From positions 1-64,000 of the forward strand of contig JAXLYL010000026.1 in assembly GCA_046351475.1 (NCBI GenBank): DNA of 64,000 nt. Reading direction: 5' to 3'. The notes beneath the pieces are model-generated. The model did no database searches. It had not been told where the DNA came from and saw only the letters and a program-made list of their open reading frames with translations. This stretch comes from Polyangiaceae bacterium (GTDB lineage: Bacteria; Myxococcota_A; Polyangia; Polyangiales; Polyangiaceae). Numbering within the stretch: the first letter of the stretch is position 1; every line of letters begins with the position of its first letter. Made by a program: the position numbers and the translations under genes. Positions 1-10,187 of the stretch are shown in pieces.

Positions 1-1146
1 CCTGGGGCGTGACGATGGCGTCGTTCGTCGAGCTCGCGACGCCCATTTTCGACGAGGACACGCGGCCCGCCGAATCGCGGAGCGACATGGACGGGGGCAC
101 TTCCGAGGCGGGAAGGACGAGCGTCGCCGCACCGAGTCCGGCATCCCGCGTGATGGAGGCGGCCCGCTCCGCGGGGACGCGCGCCCGCTTCCGCGCGTAC
201 GGCAGCAACGCGATGGCGAGCTCCGCGGCGTTCGGGAAGCGGTCGGCGGGATTCTTCTCGAGGCACCGCCTCACGATGCGCACGAGCGCGTCCGGAACGG
301 CCGGATTGAGGGCCTGGAGGTCCCGGGGCGCTTCGTTGTTGATCCGGATGACGAGGCTCGTGAAGGTCTCGCCTTCGAAGGCCGTGTCGCCGGCGAGGAG
401 TTCGAACAGCACGGCGCCGAGGGACCAGATGTCCGTCCGATGGTCGACGTCGACGGTCGACTTCAGTTGTTCGGGGGACATGTAGAACGGCGAGCCCATG
501 ATCTGGGTCGTCTTGGCGGAGCGGACGTCGACGTCCGAGGCCTCGCCGGTGAGTGCGGCCTTCGAGATGCCGAAGTCGAGCAACTTCGCGATGCGCATGC
601 CACCGCCGCGCTCGACGAGGAACAGGTTCTCGGTCTTCACGTCACGGTGGACGATGCCCCGCGCGTGCGCCTCCGCGAGGCCGTCGCAGATCTGGATGAC
701 GTACTCGACCGCGTCCTCGACGGGGAGCGCCCCGGTCTCGGCGAGGACGACCGAGAGGTCCTTTCCCTCGAGGTACTCCATGACCATGAACGGCGCGCCG
801 TCCGGCAAGGTGCCGATGTCCATGACACGGGCGACGTGTTCGCTGGTGAGCTGCACGGCGGCGCGCGCTTCGCGTGCGAACCGCGCGACGATCTCGCCGT
901 CCGACCGCGCCTCGCGTTTCAGGAACTTGATCGCGACGCGCTGGCCGAGGTGGATGTGCATCGCCTCGACGACGACCCCCATCCCACCTTCCCCGATGGT
1001 GCGAACCACGCGGTACTTGTCCGCGACGAGGCTCCCGGGCGCGATGGACGGGGAAGCCGTCGGCGCTTCGCCCGACGCGGGTTCGGTGCTCGGATTCGTC
1101 TCGGATCCGAGCGCGACGGTGTGGCCCTTCCCAGTTCCCACGGAAG
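1..1146 (-). CDS. Hanks-type Ser/Thr protein kinase. The C-terminus runs off the window start, and the start is near a GTG/Met around 1100-1150.
   Basis: The reverse-strand translation reads ...YRVVRTIGEGGMGVVVEAMHIHLGQRVAIKFLK...HRDVKTENLFL...DFGISK...GSPFYMSPEQ...DIWSLGAVLFELLAG.... These are canonical kinase subdomains I to IX. The frame is open to position 1. It is absent from the ORF track because no stop lies inside the window. Confidence 0.75.
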
Positions 1147-1264
1147 AAAGGATAACGACGTTTCGGCCCCCGTCGTCACCGAATCGTCGCCGTGAGGTCG
1201 GTTCGACCCCTCCCCCTCCCTTCGCCCCGCAAAGTTCGCGCGTCCGCGCCGAAAGACCCACACC

Positions 1265-2071
1265 ATGCGCATCGTCAGTTGGAACGTGAACGGCCTCCGA
1301 TCCGTGCTCTCGAAGGGATTCCGGGAGTGGTACCCGGCGGCGCGCGCGGACGTGGTCGGCGTGCAGGAGGTTCGCGCGACCCGCGAACAGGTGGAGACCG
1401 ACGGTCCGCTGTTCGCGAAGGTCCACGGCCGATACGACTCGGCGAAACGCCCCGGATACAGCGGCGTCGCCCTCTTCTCGAAGCGCGCCCCCGACGAGGT
1501 CGTGGCGAGCCTGGGATCGGACGCGTTCGACGACGAAGGTCGGTTTCAGCTCGCGCGGTTCGGCAAACTCGTCGTCGTCAACGCGTACTTCCCGAACGGA
1601 AACGGCAAGAACCGGGATCTCTCGCGCATCCCCTACAAGCTCGCGTTCTACGCGAAGGTGTTCGAGCTCCTCGAACCGATGAAGAAGAAGGGCGTTCCCA
1701 TCCTCGTCATGGGCGACTTCAACACGGCGCACAAGGAGATCGATCTCGCGCGTCCCAAGGACAACGTGAAGACGAGCGGCTTCCGTCCGGAGGAACGCGA
1801 GGAGTTCGATCGGTGGGTGCGTAGCGGATGGACCGACACGTTCCGCATGTTCGAACCCGCCGGCGGTCACTACTCGTGGTGGAGCAACCGGCCAGGCGTG
1901 CGCGAGAAGAACGTCGGCTGGCGTATCGACTACGTGCTCGCGTCGCAGGGCGCCGTTCCCTTCGTGAAGAAGGCCTTCATCCACGGGCACGTCACGGGCT
2001 CCGATCATTGCCCCGTGGGCGTCGACCTCGCGGACGACGTCGTGGGGCCTCCGTCGAAATCGAAGCGTTGA
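1265..2071 (+). CDS. xth: Exodeoxyribonuclease III / AP endonuclease
   Basis: The 268-aa product starts MRIVSWNVNGLRS and carries ...VVGVQEV..., ...NAYFPNG..., ...MGDFNTAHKEIDL... and ...WRIDYVLAS...GSDHCPV. This is the ExoIII/APE1 EEP fold with its catalytic motifs. Confidence 0.9.
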   Translation: MRIVSWNVNGLRSVLSKGFREWYPAARADVVGVQEVRATREQVETDGPLFAKVHGRYDSAKRPGYSGVALFSKRAPDEVVASLGSDAFDDEGRFQLARFGKLVVVNAYFPNGNGKNRDLSRIPYKLAFYAKVFELLEPMKKKGVPILVMGDFNTAHKEIDLARPKDNVKTSGFRPEEREEFDRWVRSGWTDTFRMFEPAGGHYSWWSNRPGVREKNVGWRIDYVLASQGAVPFVKKAFIHGHVTGSDHCPVGVDLADDVVGPPSKSKR

Positions 2072-2422
2072 CCCCCCTCTCGGACCACGATTTCCGACGC
2101 CACCGCACGGAGTTCGATCGGGCTGGACGGCACGGTTCCTTCCGGAGATCACGGCATCGCGCGTACCAACTTTCGCACGCGCGACCTTCCGATATCGATT
2201 GCGGTGCGCGTGGCGCGATCCAGATCACTCGTACCGCCATGGGATGAGAGCTTCCGTCCGAACGACACTCCGTCGACCCGCGTCGCCCGAGCGCGCCGCC
2301 CGCGTCCGTGAGTGTCCTGCCCCGTCCGGAGGGTGAGTCGCCCACCCCGCGGACGGCGCATCCGTGTGCGCTCGTGCACGCGGGTTCGTCGTCATGGAAC
2401 GTCGTTCGAAAGGAGGCCCGTC

Positions 2423-4465
2423 ATGTCGGCGATGGGCACGTGGAGTTGGGTGAGTCCGGTTCTCGGCATGCTCGTGTTCGTGGTCGTCGCGTTCGTCCTC
2501 CTCGGGATCCGATACATCCCGAACGATCGCGTCGGCGTCGTGGAGAAACGATGGAGCCTCCGGGGATCGGTCGAGAGCGGTCTCATCGCGCTCGAAGGAG
2601 AGGCGGGATTCCAACCCGACGTGCTCCGCGGTGGCCTTCATTTCCGCATGCCGCTCCAGTACGCCGTGCACGTCATGCCCCTCGTCACGATTCCGCAGGG
2701 TCGGATCGGCTACGTGTTCGCGCGTGACGGTGTCCCGCTCGCGGCCACGCAAGCGCTCGCGTCGAACCTCCGGGCGAAGGACTTCCAGGACGTACGGGAC
2801 TTCCTCGGACGCGGCGGCCAACGTGGCCCTCAGCGCGCGATCCTGCGCGAAGGAACCTACGCCATCAATCTCGCGCAGTTCCTCGTCGTCACCGAGAACA
2901 CCGTCTATTCGCTCCGCCTCAACGCGGACGAGGACGCGGACTTCCGCCGCATGGGCGCGACCGTGCAGGAGCGGGACGGCTTCCGTCCCGTCGTGCTCCA
3001 GGGCGCGGACGATCTCCTCGGCGTCGTCACCGTCCAGGACGGTCCGAGCCTCGCGCAGGGCGAGCTCATCGCCGACGTCGTGGGCGACGATCCCGCGGAC
3101 CCGTCGACCTACCACGACGACTTCCAGGACCCGGAGAAGTTCCTCGCCGCGGGCGGACGCCGTGGTCGCCAGCTGCAGGTGTTGGTCGAAGGCACGTACT
3201 ACGTGAACCGGCTGTTCGCGACAGTGGAGAAGATCCCGAAGACGGTCATCGAGGTCGGTACCGTGGGCGTCGTCGTCTCGTACACGGGCGCCACCGGCAA
3301 GGACCTCACGGGAGCGTCCTACAAACACGGCGAACTCGTGACGAAAGGCGAGCGTGGCGTGTGGAGCGAGCCCCTCCTTCCCGGAAAATATGCGTTCAAC
3401 ACGTACGCCGGAAAGGTCGTGTGCGTACCGACGACGAACTTCATCCTCAAGTGGACGCGCGCGGAGGTCGGTGCGCACCGCTTCGACGAGAACCTGTCGG
3501 AGGTGTCCCTCATCACGAAGGACGCGTTCGAACCGTCCCTTCCCCTTTCGGTCGTCGTGCACATCGACTACCGGAAGGCCCCGCTCGTCATCCAGAGGTT
3601 CGGCGACATCAAGCGCCTGGTCGAGCAGACCCTCGATCCGATGGTGGCCGCGTACTTCAAGAACGTCGGTCAGACGCGCACGTTGATCCAACTCCTGCAG
3701 GACCGCAGCGTCATCCAGGCGCTCGCGGGCGAGGAGATGCGTGCCAAGTTCTCCCACTACAACCTCGAACTCGAGGAAGTGCTCATCGGCACGCCGACCT
3801 CCGCGGAGGGCGACGCGCAGATCGAGACGATCCTCACGCAGCTCCGGGCGCGGCAGGTCGCCGAGGAACAGATCGAGACCTACGCACGCCAGGAGAAGGC
3901 GGCCGTCCAGGAGCGTGAACTCCGGGAAGCCGAAGCGCGTGCTCGGGCCCAGGAAAAGCTCACGGAGTCCGAACTCGACATCACGGTCCAAAGCAACGAA
4001 GGCAAAGCGGCGTACCAACGTGCGGTGCAACGCGCGTCGGAAATGCGCACCCTCGCGGAAGCGGAAGCCGACCGTACTCGTCGACTCGCCGAAGCGGAGG
4101 CCGACAAGACCGCCCGTGTCGGCATCGCGGCGGCCATCGCGATCGAGGAGCAGGTCCGCGCGTACGGCGGCCCGAAGTTCCAGCTCACGCAACAGGTCAT
4201 GAACCGCTTCTCGGAGGCCCTCGAGCGCTCCGGCGTCGACGTCGTGCCGAAGGTCGTCGTGGGCGGAGGCAAGGACGGGGTGGTGAACGCTCCGGGCAAC
4301 GTGCTCGAGACGCTGCTCACGCTGCTGCTCTCCGAACGCGTCGGCGAAGGGGTCGTGACGGGACGGGTGCCGGCGCCCGGGGACGCCCGTACGGACGCCG
4401 TGCGGGACAAGATGAAGAGCGAGCTCGTCGCCCTCCTCGACGGGAAGACGACGCGCTCGTCCTGA
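2423..4465 (+). CDS. SPFH/band-7 flotillin-like protein (YqiK/FloA-like)
   Basis: AGGAGG at 2411-2416 precedes the ATG at 2423. The N-terminal TM helix is WSWVSPVLGMLVFVVVAFVLLGI. An SPFH domain follows (IPNDRVGVVEKRW...), then a long Ala/Glu/Arg-rich coiled-coil tail (AEEQIETYARQEKAAVQERELREAEARARAQEKL...). The upstream part of track ORF 2312 is R-rich and is not used. Confidence 0.85.
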   Translation: MSAMGTWSWVSPVLGMLVFVVVAFVLLGIRYIPNDRVGVVEKRWSLRGSVESGLIALEGEAGFQPDVLRGGLHFRMPLQYAVHVMPLVTIPQGRIGYVFARDGVPLAATQALASNLRAKDFQDVRDFLGRGGQRGPQRAILREGTYAINLAQFLVVTENTVYSLRLNADEDADFRRMGATVQERDGFRPVVLQGADDLLGVVTVQDGPSLAQGELIADVVGDDPADPSTYHDDFQDPEKFLAAGGRRGRQLQVLVEGTYYVNRLFATVEKIPKTVIEVGTVGVVVSYTGATGKDLTGASYKHGELVTKGERGVWSEPLLPGKYAFNTYAGKVVCVPTTNFILKWTRAEVGAHRFDENLSEVSLITKDAFEPSLPLSVVVHIDYRKAPLVIQRFGDIKRLVEQTLDPMVAAYFKNVGQTRTLIQLLQDRSVIQALAGEEMRAKFSHYNLELEEVLIGTPTSAEGDAQIETILTQLRARQVAEEQIETYARQEKAAVQERELREAEARARAQEKLTESELDITVQSNEGKAAYQRAVQRASEMRTLAEAEADRTRRLAEAEADKTARVGIAAAIAIEEQVRAYGGPKFQLTQQVMNRFSEALERSGVDVVPKVVVGGGKDGVVNAPGNVLETLLTLLLSERVGEGVVTGRVPAPGDARTDAVRDKMKSELVALLDGKTTRSS

Positions 4466-4544
4466 ATCGTCGCCCGGTTCGCGAACCCGGACCGGCACGA
4501 GGCGCGGCGGCGGCGAATGGCGTAGGTTGAGGGAATCTCGAACC

Positions 4545-4875
4545 ATGGATGCTCTCGGAATCGCCTTCGTCGTCGTCGTCGTCGTCGCTTTCGTCGCGCT
4601 CGCGTACGCGGCGCGACGTGCGCTGACGCTCTGCGAGATGCGCGCCGAAGGCGGAACGCTCGTCGTCGTGCGCGGGGCACCTCGCACCTTCGGTCCTCGG
4701 CGATCTGCGGGACGTCGTCCGGCGCGATCGCCTCCATGTCACGATCCGGGTCGTGCGGAATCGCCGGGCGCACGTGGAGACGAGCGGGCACGTCGATCCC
4801 GGCACGCTCCAGCGTCTGCGCAACGTCGTCGGGACCGTGCCGTACGCGAAGCTCGTCGCGGGGGCCCGTTCCTGA
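4545..4875 (+). CDS. Small membrane protein downstream of flotillin, apparently frameshifted near 4680 (possible NfeD-like partner)
   Basis: From the ATG at 4545 the frame reads MDALGIAFVVVVVVAFVALAYAARRALTLCEMRAEGGTLVVVRGAP, then decays into Arg-rich junk. The +1 frame continues as protein-like ...VLGDLRDVVRRDRLHVTIRVVRNRRAHVETSGHVDPGTLQRLRNVVGTVPYAKLVAGARS* and stops at 4873-4875. The junction between frames is not resolved. Confidence 0.3.
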
Positions 4876-4893
4876 TGCCCCTCGGCGCGCGGC

Positions 4894-5833
4894 TCAGGCA
4901 CCGTTCGGCGTTCGTTTCATGGTGAGGACGAGCACGCCTCCCGTCACGAGGAGCGCGGCGAGGATCGTCACACCGTCGACGCGTTCGTGTCCCAACGTGG
5001 CGCCGAGGACGATGGCGACCACCGGGTTCACGTACGCGTAACTCATGGCGAGGCTCGGCCGCGTGTTCTCGAGCAAATAGGCGTAGGCCGAGAAGCCGAC
5101 GTACGAACCGACCACCACGAGGTACGCGAACACCAAAAGGACGCGTGTCGACACGGGCCAGGGCCACGGCTCGCCGAGCAGCCGCGAGACGACGAACATC
5201 AGGGCACCACCGCCCACCATCTGCGTGCCCGCGCCTGCCATTCCCCGCGCGACGTCGATCTTCCGCCCGAGGAGCGATCCGAAGGACCACGTGACGGGAC
5301 TGAGGACGAGGACGACTCCCGCGGCGCTCCGGAGTTCGACGCCACCGCGGAACGCGAGCAACGCCACGCCGGAAAGTCCCACGCCCACGCCGAGGGCTTC
5401 GTCGACTTTTGGTCGTTCGCCCCAGAACGACCCGACGAGGAGCGCGAAGAGAGGGGTGGTCGCCACGACGATGGCCGAGAGACTCGAGCTCACGCTCCGC
5501 TGCGCGATGGCGACCGCGCCGTTCGAACACACGAAGAGGAAGAAGCCGACGAGCGTCGCGTTCCCCCACTGCTTCGGGGTCGGCGACGGAGCTCCCCGGA
5601 GTCGCGCGGTCGCGAGCATGGCGGAACCGGCGAGGACGAACCGGAACGCCCCCATCGTGTACGGGGGCAGCTCCGTGATCGCGACCCGCATGGCGAGGTA
5701 CGGAACCCCACACGAGGTAGACGATCACGAGCGCGAACAGGACCTTGGTCGTCACGCGGCCCCTCCCCGCCGCCGTCACGTCGGTCCCGCCGGCGTTCCC
5801 GGGCGGCTCGGCGGACTCGGTGCGTTCGGTCAT
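4894..5833 (-). CDS. EamA/DMT-family transporter with an internal frameshift near 5700 (pseudogene or sequence error)
   Basis: The N-terminus MTERTESAEPPGNAGGTDVTAAGRGRVTTKVLFALVIVYLVWGS lies in one frame (track ORF 4739..5833). The rest, ...YLAMRVAITELPPYTMGAFRFVLAG... with about 9 TM segments, lies in another (ORF 4894..5691). The canonical WGS(T)YLA junction is broken at plus-strand 5698-5706, consistent with a 2-bp deletion or 1-bp insertion. Confidence 0.7.
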
Positions 5834-5956
5834 CGGGGTTTCCGAGAATAGATCACGAAAGCGGAAGTCCGTGTAGGCTCTCGCCCCGAACGCTTCCGCG
5901 CGCGGGCCCCTTCCCGCGCGACACGTCCTTCACGGAAATCCCAGAGGAGTCCTCCC

Positions 5957-6415
5957 ATGAATCGTCGCGAAGCCCTCATGAGCACCGGTGCCATCCTCGT
6001 TTCCGCGTCCGCGGGCGCGATCGCGTGCGGCGCGCACAACGCGGTCGCCGGCGCCACGGCGACGCCGACGGCGGGCGGCGGCAGCCCGGATCACGCGTTG
6101 GCCGACGCCGCCCACGACTGCGTGCACCACGGGGACGAGTGCATCCAGCACTGCATCGGCATGCTCGCGTCCGGCGACACGACCATGATCGGGTGTCTGA
6201 AAGCCGCACAAGAAATGGTCGCCGTGAGTGAAGCTCTGGCGAAGTTGGCGCTCATGGGGTCCTCGCGCCTCGGCGTCCTCGCGAAGGCCGCGGTGGAATT
6301 CTGCACGGCTTGCGAAGCGGAATGCCGCAAGCACGCCGGGCACCACGAAGTGTGCCGCGCATGCGCGGACGCGTGTGCCAAGACCGTGACTAGCGCCAAG
6401 AAGTATGTGAGCTAG
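5957..6415 (+). CDS. Cys-rich four-helix-bundle copper-binding protein (DUF326/YhjQ-like) with an RR signal
   Basis: The product starts MNRREALMSTGAILVSASAGA, a Tat-like RR signal. Several Cys/His motifs recur (HDCVHHGDECIQHCIGM..., CLKAAQEM..., FCTACEAECRKHAGHHEVCRACADACAKT), as is typical of DUF326 copper storage and binding proteins. Confidence 0.65.
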   Translation: MNRREALMSTGAILVSASAGAIACGAHNAVAGATATPTAGGGSPDHALADAAHDCVHHGDECIQHCIGMLASGDTTMIGCLKAAQEMVAVSEALAKLALMGSSRLGVLAKAAVEFCTACEAECRKHAGHHEVCRACADACAKTVTSAKKYVS

Positions 6416-6428
6416 ACCAGGCTCCGTC

Positions 6429-7382
6429 ATGGGGATCGGGAGACTCGTCACGGCTGCGTCGTGTTTCGTGGTGTGCGCCCTGGGCGCTTCCGCGAGCTTG
6501 GCCGCGCCCGCGAACACCCCGGCGGAAGTCACCGCGGCGGCGGTCCCCGTTCCCCAGGCCAGTGAACGTCCGGAGCTCGTGCTCCCTGCCGGCCTCTACT
6601 TCCGATCGGGCCACTTCGAGATGGCGGCGTGCACCGGATGCAAGGCGCCCAAGGTCGTGGCGACCGCCGGCATCTTCGCGAACGCGAAGGAAGCCGAGAA
6701 TGCGGTGAAGACCCTCGCGGAGGGTGCGCTCCCCGTGGGTTACCCCTGGGTCGTGCACACGGACGAACTCGGACTCGCCGATCCCTCGATGCGTGGCATC
6801 GCCGTGGTCACGGGGCTCTTCGCGTCCTACGAGGACGCCAACGCCTGGCGCGCGGCGAACACGGTGAGCGTGGCGAACGCGCGCCTCACCGCCCTCGCGG
6901 ACGACGACGAGTACGGTGAGCGGTCCAGGAAGGGCGTCGATTCCGACTTCCAACGGTCCATCGTCGTCCAGCTCGACGCGAGCGAAGACGTGCCCGCCTA
7001 TTCCGAGGAGGACCTCGCGCGCATCGAGAAGACGTCGGCGTTCGAACCTCAGGATCTCGCCGCGCTCGCCCCGAAGTGTCGCGTCTCCGGAAAGTCCGTC
7101 TTCACCTTCCCCCGTGAGCGCAATCGCGGCAGCGAGCTCGTGACGCGGTTCCATCGCGCCATGGTGCCCGTGCGCTGCGGCCGCTCGGTCGCGTTCGTCC
7201 CCGGATCCTCGACGCGGTTCGAGACGGTGGTGGGCCGTGGCAAGGACGGTCGAGGATTCCTCCGGCAGGTGGTCGACGTCGTGAGCGACGAACCCCGCGT
7301 CCTCGAATGGCGCCTGGACGTCGCCGCGAGGCCCGGAACTCGCGGCAAGAGCCACGTGTTCCGTCGCGCGACCGGTTCCTGA
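6429..7382 (+). CDS. Secreted hypothetical protein
   Basis: The signal peptide is MGIGRLVTAASCFVVCALGASASLAAPA. The frame is 317 aa with GC3 bias and I recognise no domain. Antisense ORF 6390..7418 is R-rich and is rejected. Confidence 0.5.
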   Translation: MGIGRLVTAASCFVVCALGASASLAAPANTPAEVTAAAVPVPQASERPELVLPAGLYFRSGHFEMAACTGCKAPKVVATAGIFANAKEAENAVKTLAEGALPVGYPWVVHTDELGLADPSMRGIAVVTGLFASYEDANAWRAANTVSVANARLTALADDDEYGERSRKGVDSDFQRSIVVQLDASEDVPAYSEEDLARIEKTSAFEPQDLAALAPKCRVSGKSVFTFPRERNRGSELVTRFHRAMVPVRCGRSVAFVPGSSTRFETVVGRGKDGRGFLRQVVDVVSDEPRVLEWRLDVAARPGTRGKSHVFRRATGS

Positions 7383-7438
7383 GCTGACGTCCATTCGAGA
7401 CGTGCCGGGTTTCGACACAGCGCGTAACGTGTCGGGCC

Positions 7439-8419
7439 ATGGGCAAGATTTACGACGACAACTCGCGGTCGATCGGTCGCACTCCCCTCGTGCGCATCGC
7501 TCGGTTGGGCAAGGGTAAGAAGGCCACGGTCGTGGCGAAGATCGAGGGCCGCAATCCGGCCTACTCGGTCAAGTGCCGCATCGGCGCCGCCATGGTGTGG
7601 GACGCCGAGAAGCGAGGTGTCCTCGGCCCCGGAAAGACCATCGTCGAAGCGACGAGCGGCAACACCGGCATCGCCCTCGCCTTCGCGGCGGCCTCCCGCG
7701 GCTACGAATGCGTGCTCACGATGCCCGAGACCATGAGCATGGAGCGGAGGAAGGTGCTCGTCGCGTTCGGCGCCAAGCTCGTGCTCACGCCAGGCGCGCA
7801 GGGCATGAAGGGCGCGATCGCGAAGGCCGAAGAGCTCGCGTCGAGCGATCCGGCTCGGTACGTGCTCATGCGCCAATTCGACAACCCGGCGAATCCTCGC
7901 ATCCACGAGGAGACGACGGGCCCCGAAATCTGGGAAGACACGGACGGCGCCGTCGACGTGTTCGTCGCCGGCGTGGGGACGGGCGGGACGATCACGGGCG
8001 TCTCCCGCTTCGTCAAGAACACGAAGGGGAAGAAGATCCTCACCGTCGCGGTCGAACCCGCGGCGTCTCCCGTGATCACGCAGACGCGCAACGGCGACGA
8101 AATCAAACCTTCGCCGCACAAGATCCAGGGCATCGGTGCCGGATTCGTCCCGAAGAACCTGGACATGACCATGGTCGATCGCGTGGAGACCGTGACGAAC
8201 GAGGAAGCCATCGAGATGGCGCGCCGCCTCGCGCGCGAAGAGGGCATCCTTTGCGGCGTGTCGTGCGGTGCGGCGATGACCGCGGCCCTCCGACTCGCCG
8301 ACGAGGACGCGATGGCGGGCAAGATGATCGTCGTCGTCCTCCCGGACGCGGGCGAGCGTTACCTCACGGGCCCGTTGTTCGAGGGCATGTTCACGGACGT
8401 CGAGAAGGCCACGGCATGA
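7439..8419 (+). CDS. cysK: Cysteine synthase A (O-acetylserine sulfhydrylase)
   Basis: IGRTPLVRI..., the PLP lysine in ...[14 protein letters not shown]..., and ...GNTGIALAF... and ...[10 protein letters not shown]... form the PALP fold. The product is 326 aa. Confidence 0.92.
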   Translation: MGKIYDDNSRSIGRTPLVRIARLGKGKKATVVAKIEGRNPAYSVKCRIGAAMVWDAEKRGVLGPGKTIVEATSGNTGIALAFAAASRGYECVLTMPETMSMERRKVLVAFGAKLVLTPGAQGMKGAIAKAEELASSDPARYVLMRQFDNPANPRIHEETTGPEIWEDTDGAVDVFVAGVGTGGTITGVSRFVKNTKGKKILTVAVEPAASPVITQTRNGDEIKPSPHKIQGIGAGFVPKNLDMTMVDRVETVTNEEAIEMARRLAREEGILCGVSCGAAMTAALRLADEDAMAGKMIVVVLPDAGERYLTGPLFEGMFTDVEKATA

Positions 8420-9396
8420 ACGACGGGGACGGAAGGGCACCGGACGACGTCGTCCGGTCCCTCGTCGCGAGTTACCGCGACGACCGACGGGGACAGCACA
8501 TCGATCGCCGCTTCCTGCCCTCGCGGGACGAGGTCGTGCACGTCCTCGGACTGCTCCTCCGCCTCCTGTACCCGGGCTACTACGGCGCGCACGACGTCGC
8601 GTCGGAGGACGATCTCACGGCCCACGTGAGTGCCCTCGTGTCGGAAGCGTCGGCGAGTCTCGCGCGTCAGATCGAACTGTCGATCCGGTACCAGGACGAA
8701 TGCCGAGAACCGTGTCCTCCGGGAGCGGGCGGTGCGGACGCGGATTCCGCCGCACGCACGTCGGCCACGCGCATCACGGCGTCGTTCCTCGGACGACTCG
8801 CCGATCTCCGTCGTCGTCTCCTCGACGACGCCGAAGCGGCGCTCGAGGGAGATCCCGCCGCCGTGAACCTCGACGAGATCATCCTCGCGTACCCGGGGTT
8901 CCTGGCGACGACGGTCTATCGGCTCGCTCACGAACTCCACGTCCTCGGCGTCCCGCTCGTCCCGCGCATGATGACCGAGTGGGCCCACACGCAGACCGGG
9001 GCCGACATCCACCCGGGTGCGGTCCTCGGGGAACGGTTCTTCCTCGACCACGCCACGGGCGCCGTGATCGGGGAAACCACCCGCATCGGCGACGACGTGA
9101 AAATGTACCAAGGGGTCACACTCGGAGCCCTTTCGCACCCTCGTGGACCCGACGGACGGGTGATTCGGGGAACCCAGAGACACCCCACGGTGGAGGACGG
9201 CGTGACCCTCTACGCGAATGCGACCGTCCTGGGCGGCGACACGACGATCGGGCGCGGATCCGTGCTCGGAGGGTCGGTGTTCGTGACGCGAACGGTGGCG
9301 GCGGGCTCGCGAGTCTCCTTGAAAGGCCACGACGTTCGTGTCAACGCCAGGGGCTCCGATGCGAACGCCGACGTCCCCATCGACTTCGAAATCTGA
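8416..9396 (+). CDS. cysE: Serine O-acetyltransferase
   Basis: The ATG at 8416 overlaps the cysK TGA in an ATGA motif. The product has an N-terminal SATase helical domain (LLYPGYYG..., [17 protein letters not shown]) and left-handed beta-helix hexapeptide repeats (...[40 protein letters not shown]...). Confidence 0.9.
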   Translation: MNDGDGRAPDDVVRSLVASYRDDRRGQHIDRRFLPSRDEVVHVLGLLLRLLYPGYYGAHDVASEDDLTAHVSALVSEASASLARQIELSIRYQDECREPCPPGAGGADADSAARTSATRITASFLGRLADLRRRLLDDAEAALEGDPAAVNLDEIILAYPGFLATTVYRLAHELHVLGVPLVPRMMTEWAHTQTGADIHPGAVLGERFFLDHATGAVIGETTRIGDDVKMYQGVTLGALSHPRGPDGRVIRGTQRHPTVEDGVTLYANATVLGGDTTIGRGSVLGGSVFVTRTVAAGSRVSLKGHDVRVNARGSDANADVPIDFEI

Positions 9397-9448
9397 GGCC
9401 GGAACCCCCACGATTCCGGGGGTTCGGGCCCGAACGCCCCTCGCTCCC

Positions 9449-10129
9449 GTGGGGTCCACCTTCGCCCGTTCGGTCGTCGCGGCCCTCGCCGCGGTCTCCC
9501 TGGCCGCGTGTGCGGTCGGCGCCAAGGGCGACATGGAAGACGAGGGGACCGAATCCGACGCGGGCGACGTCGCCGAGACCGGTCCCCTCGCGCGGGACAT
9601 CGATGCCGGCAAGAAGGACGGGGGCACGTCGAAGCCCGATGCGGCCCCCGACGGCGCCACGGCGAAGCCCGACGCGGCCACCGAGACGAAGGACGGAAGT
9701 GCGGCGGACGCCACGGCGCGCGACGCGGGCACGACGGCGGACGCGTCGACGCCGGAAGCCTCCGTCGTGCTCGACGCGTCGACGGACGACGACAGTGGCG
9801 CCGTCTTCCAGGGGACGGCGTCGTGGACCACGGACGCGACCGCGCACCGTTGCCAGCGCCTCGCGCGGTTCGCGTACGATTGCCCGGCGAACGGCACCCC
9901 CGCCGACATCTGGGGCAACTACATCTACACGGACGACTCCTCCATCTGCACGGCCGCCGTCCACGACGGCAAGATCGACCTCGCGTCGGGCGGTCGGATC
10001 GTGGTCGAGATGCGGCCCGGCGAGAACATCTACCGGAGCTTCACGAAGAACGGCATCACCAGCAAGGACTACACGGTGGCCACCGGCCAACCTCAGTGGC
10101 CCTGCAGCTTCGTCCTCTGGCCGTACTGA
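9449..10129 (+). CDS. Lipoprotein with a C-terminal LCCL domain
   Basis: The start is chosen at the GTG giving (M)GSTFARSVVAALAAVSLAAC, with a LAAC lipobox. The track start at 9338 would overlap the cysE tail. An Asp/Ala/Thr-rich linker follows. The C-terminus is CQRLARFAYDCPANGTPADIWGNYIYTDDSSICTAAVHDGKI...GGRIVVEMRPGENIYRSFTKNGITS, the LCCL fold. Confidence 0.65.
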   Translation: MGSTFARSVVAALAAVSLAACAVGAKGDMEDEGTESDAGDVAETGPLARDIDAGKKDGGTSKPDAAPDGATAKPDAATETKDGSAADATARDAGTTADASTPEASVVLDASTDDDSGAVFQGTASWTTDATAHRCQRLARFAYDCPANGTPADIWGNYIYTDDSSICTAAVHDGKIDLASGGRIVVEMRPGENIYRSFTKNGITSKDYTVATGQPQWPCSFVLWPY

Positions 10130-10187
10130 GCGGCACTGACCGGCATTTTCCCGTCACGCGTCGGGTCCGGTATCCTGGTCGCCCACC

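Noticed and set aside
2225-4687. 820-aa ORF antisense to the flotillin gene
   Set aside because: It is Arg/Gly/Pro/Asp-rich with no recognisable domain. The opposite strand encodes a clear SPFH protein with an RBS. A high-GC genome yields long stop-free antisense frames.
6390-9918. Three long minus-strand ORFs (6390..7418, 7049..8440, 8359..9918) antisense to the secreted protein, cysK and cysE
   Set aside because: They have a low-complexity R/G/A/P composition. cysK and cysE on the plus strand are unambiguous.
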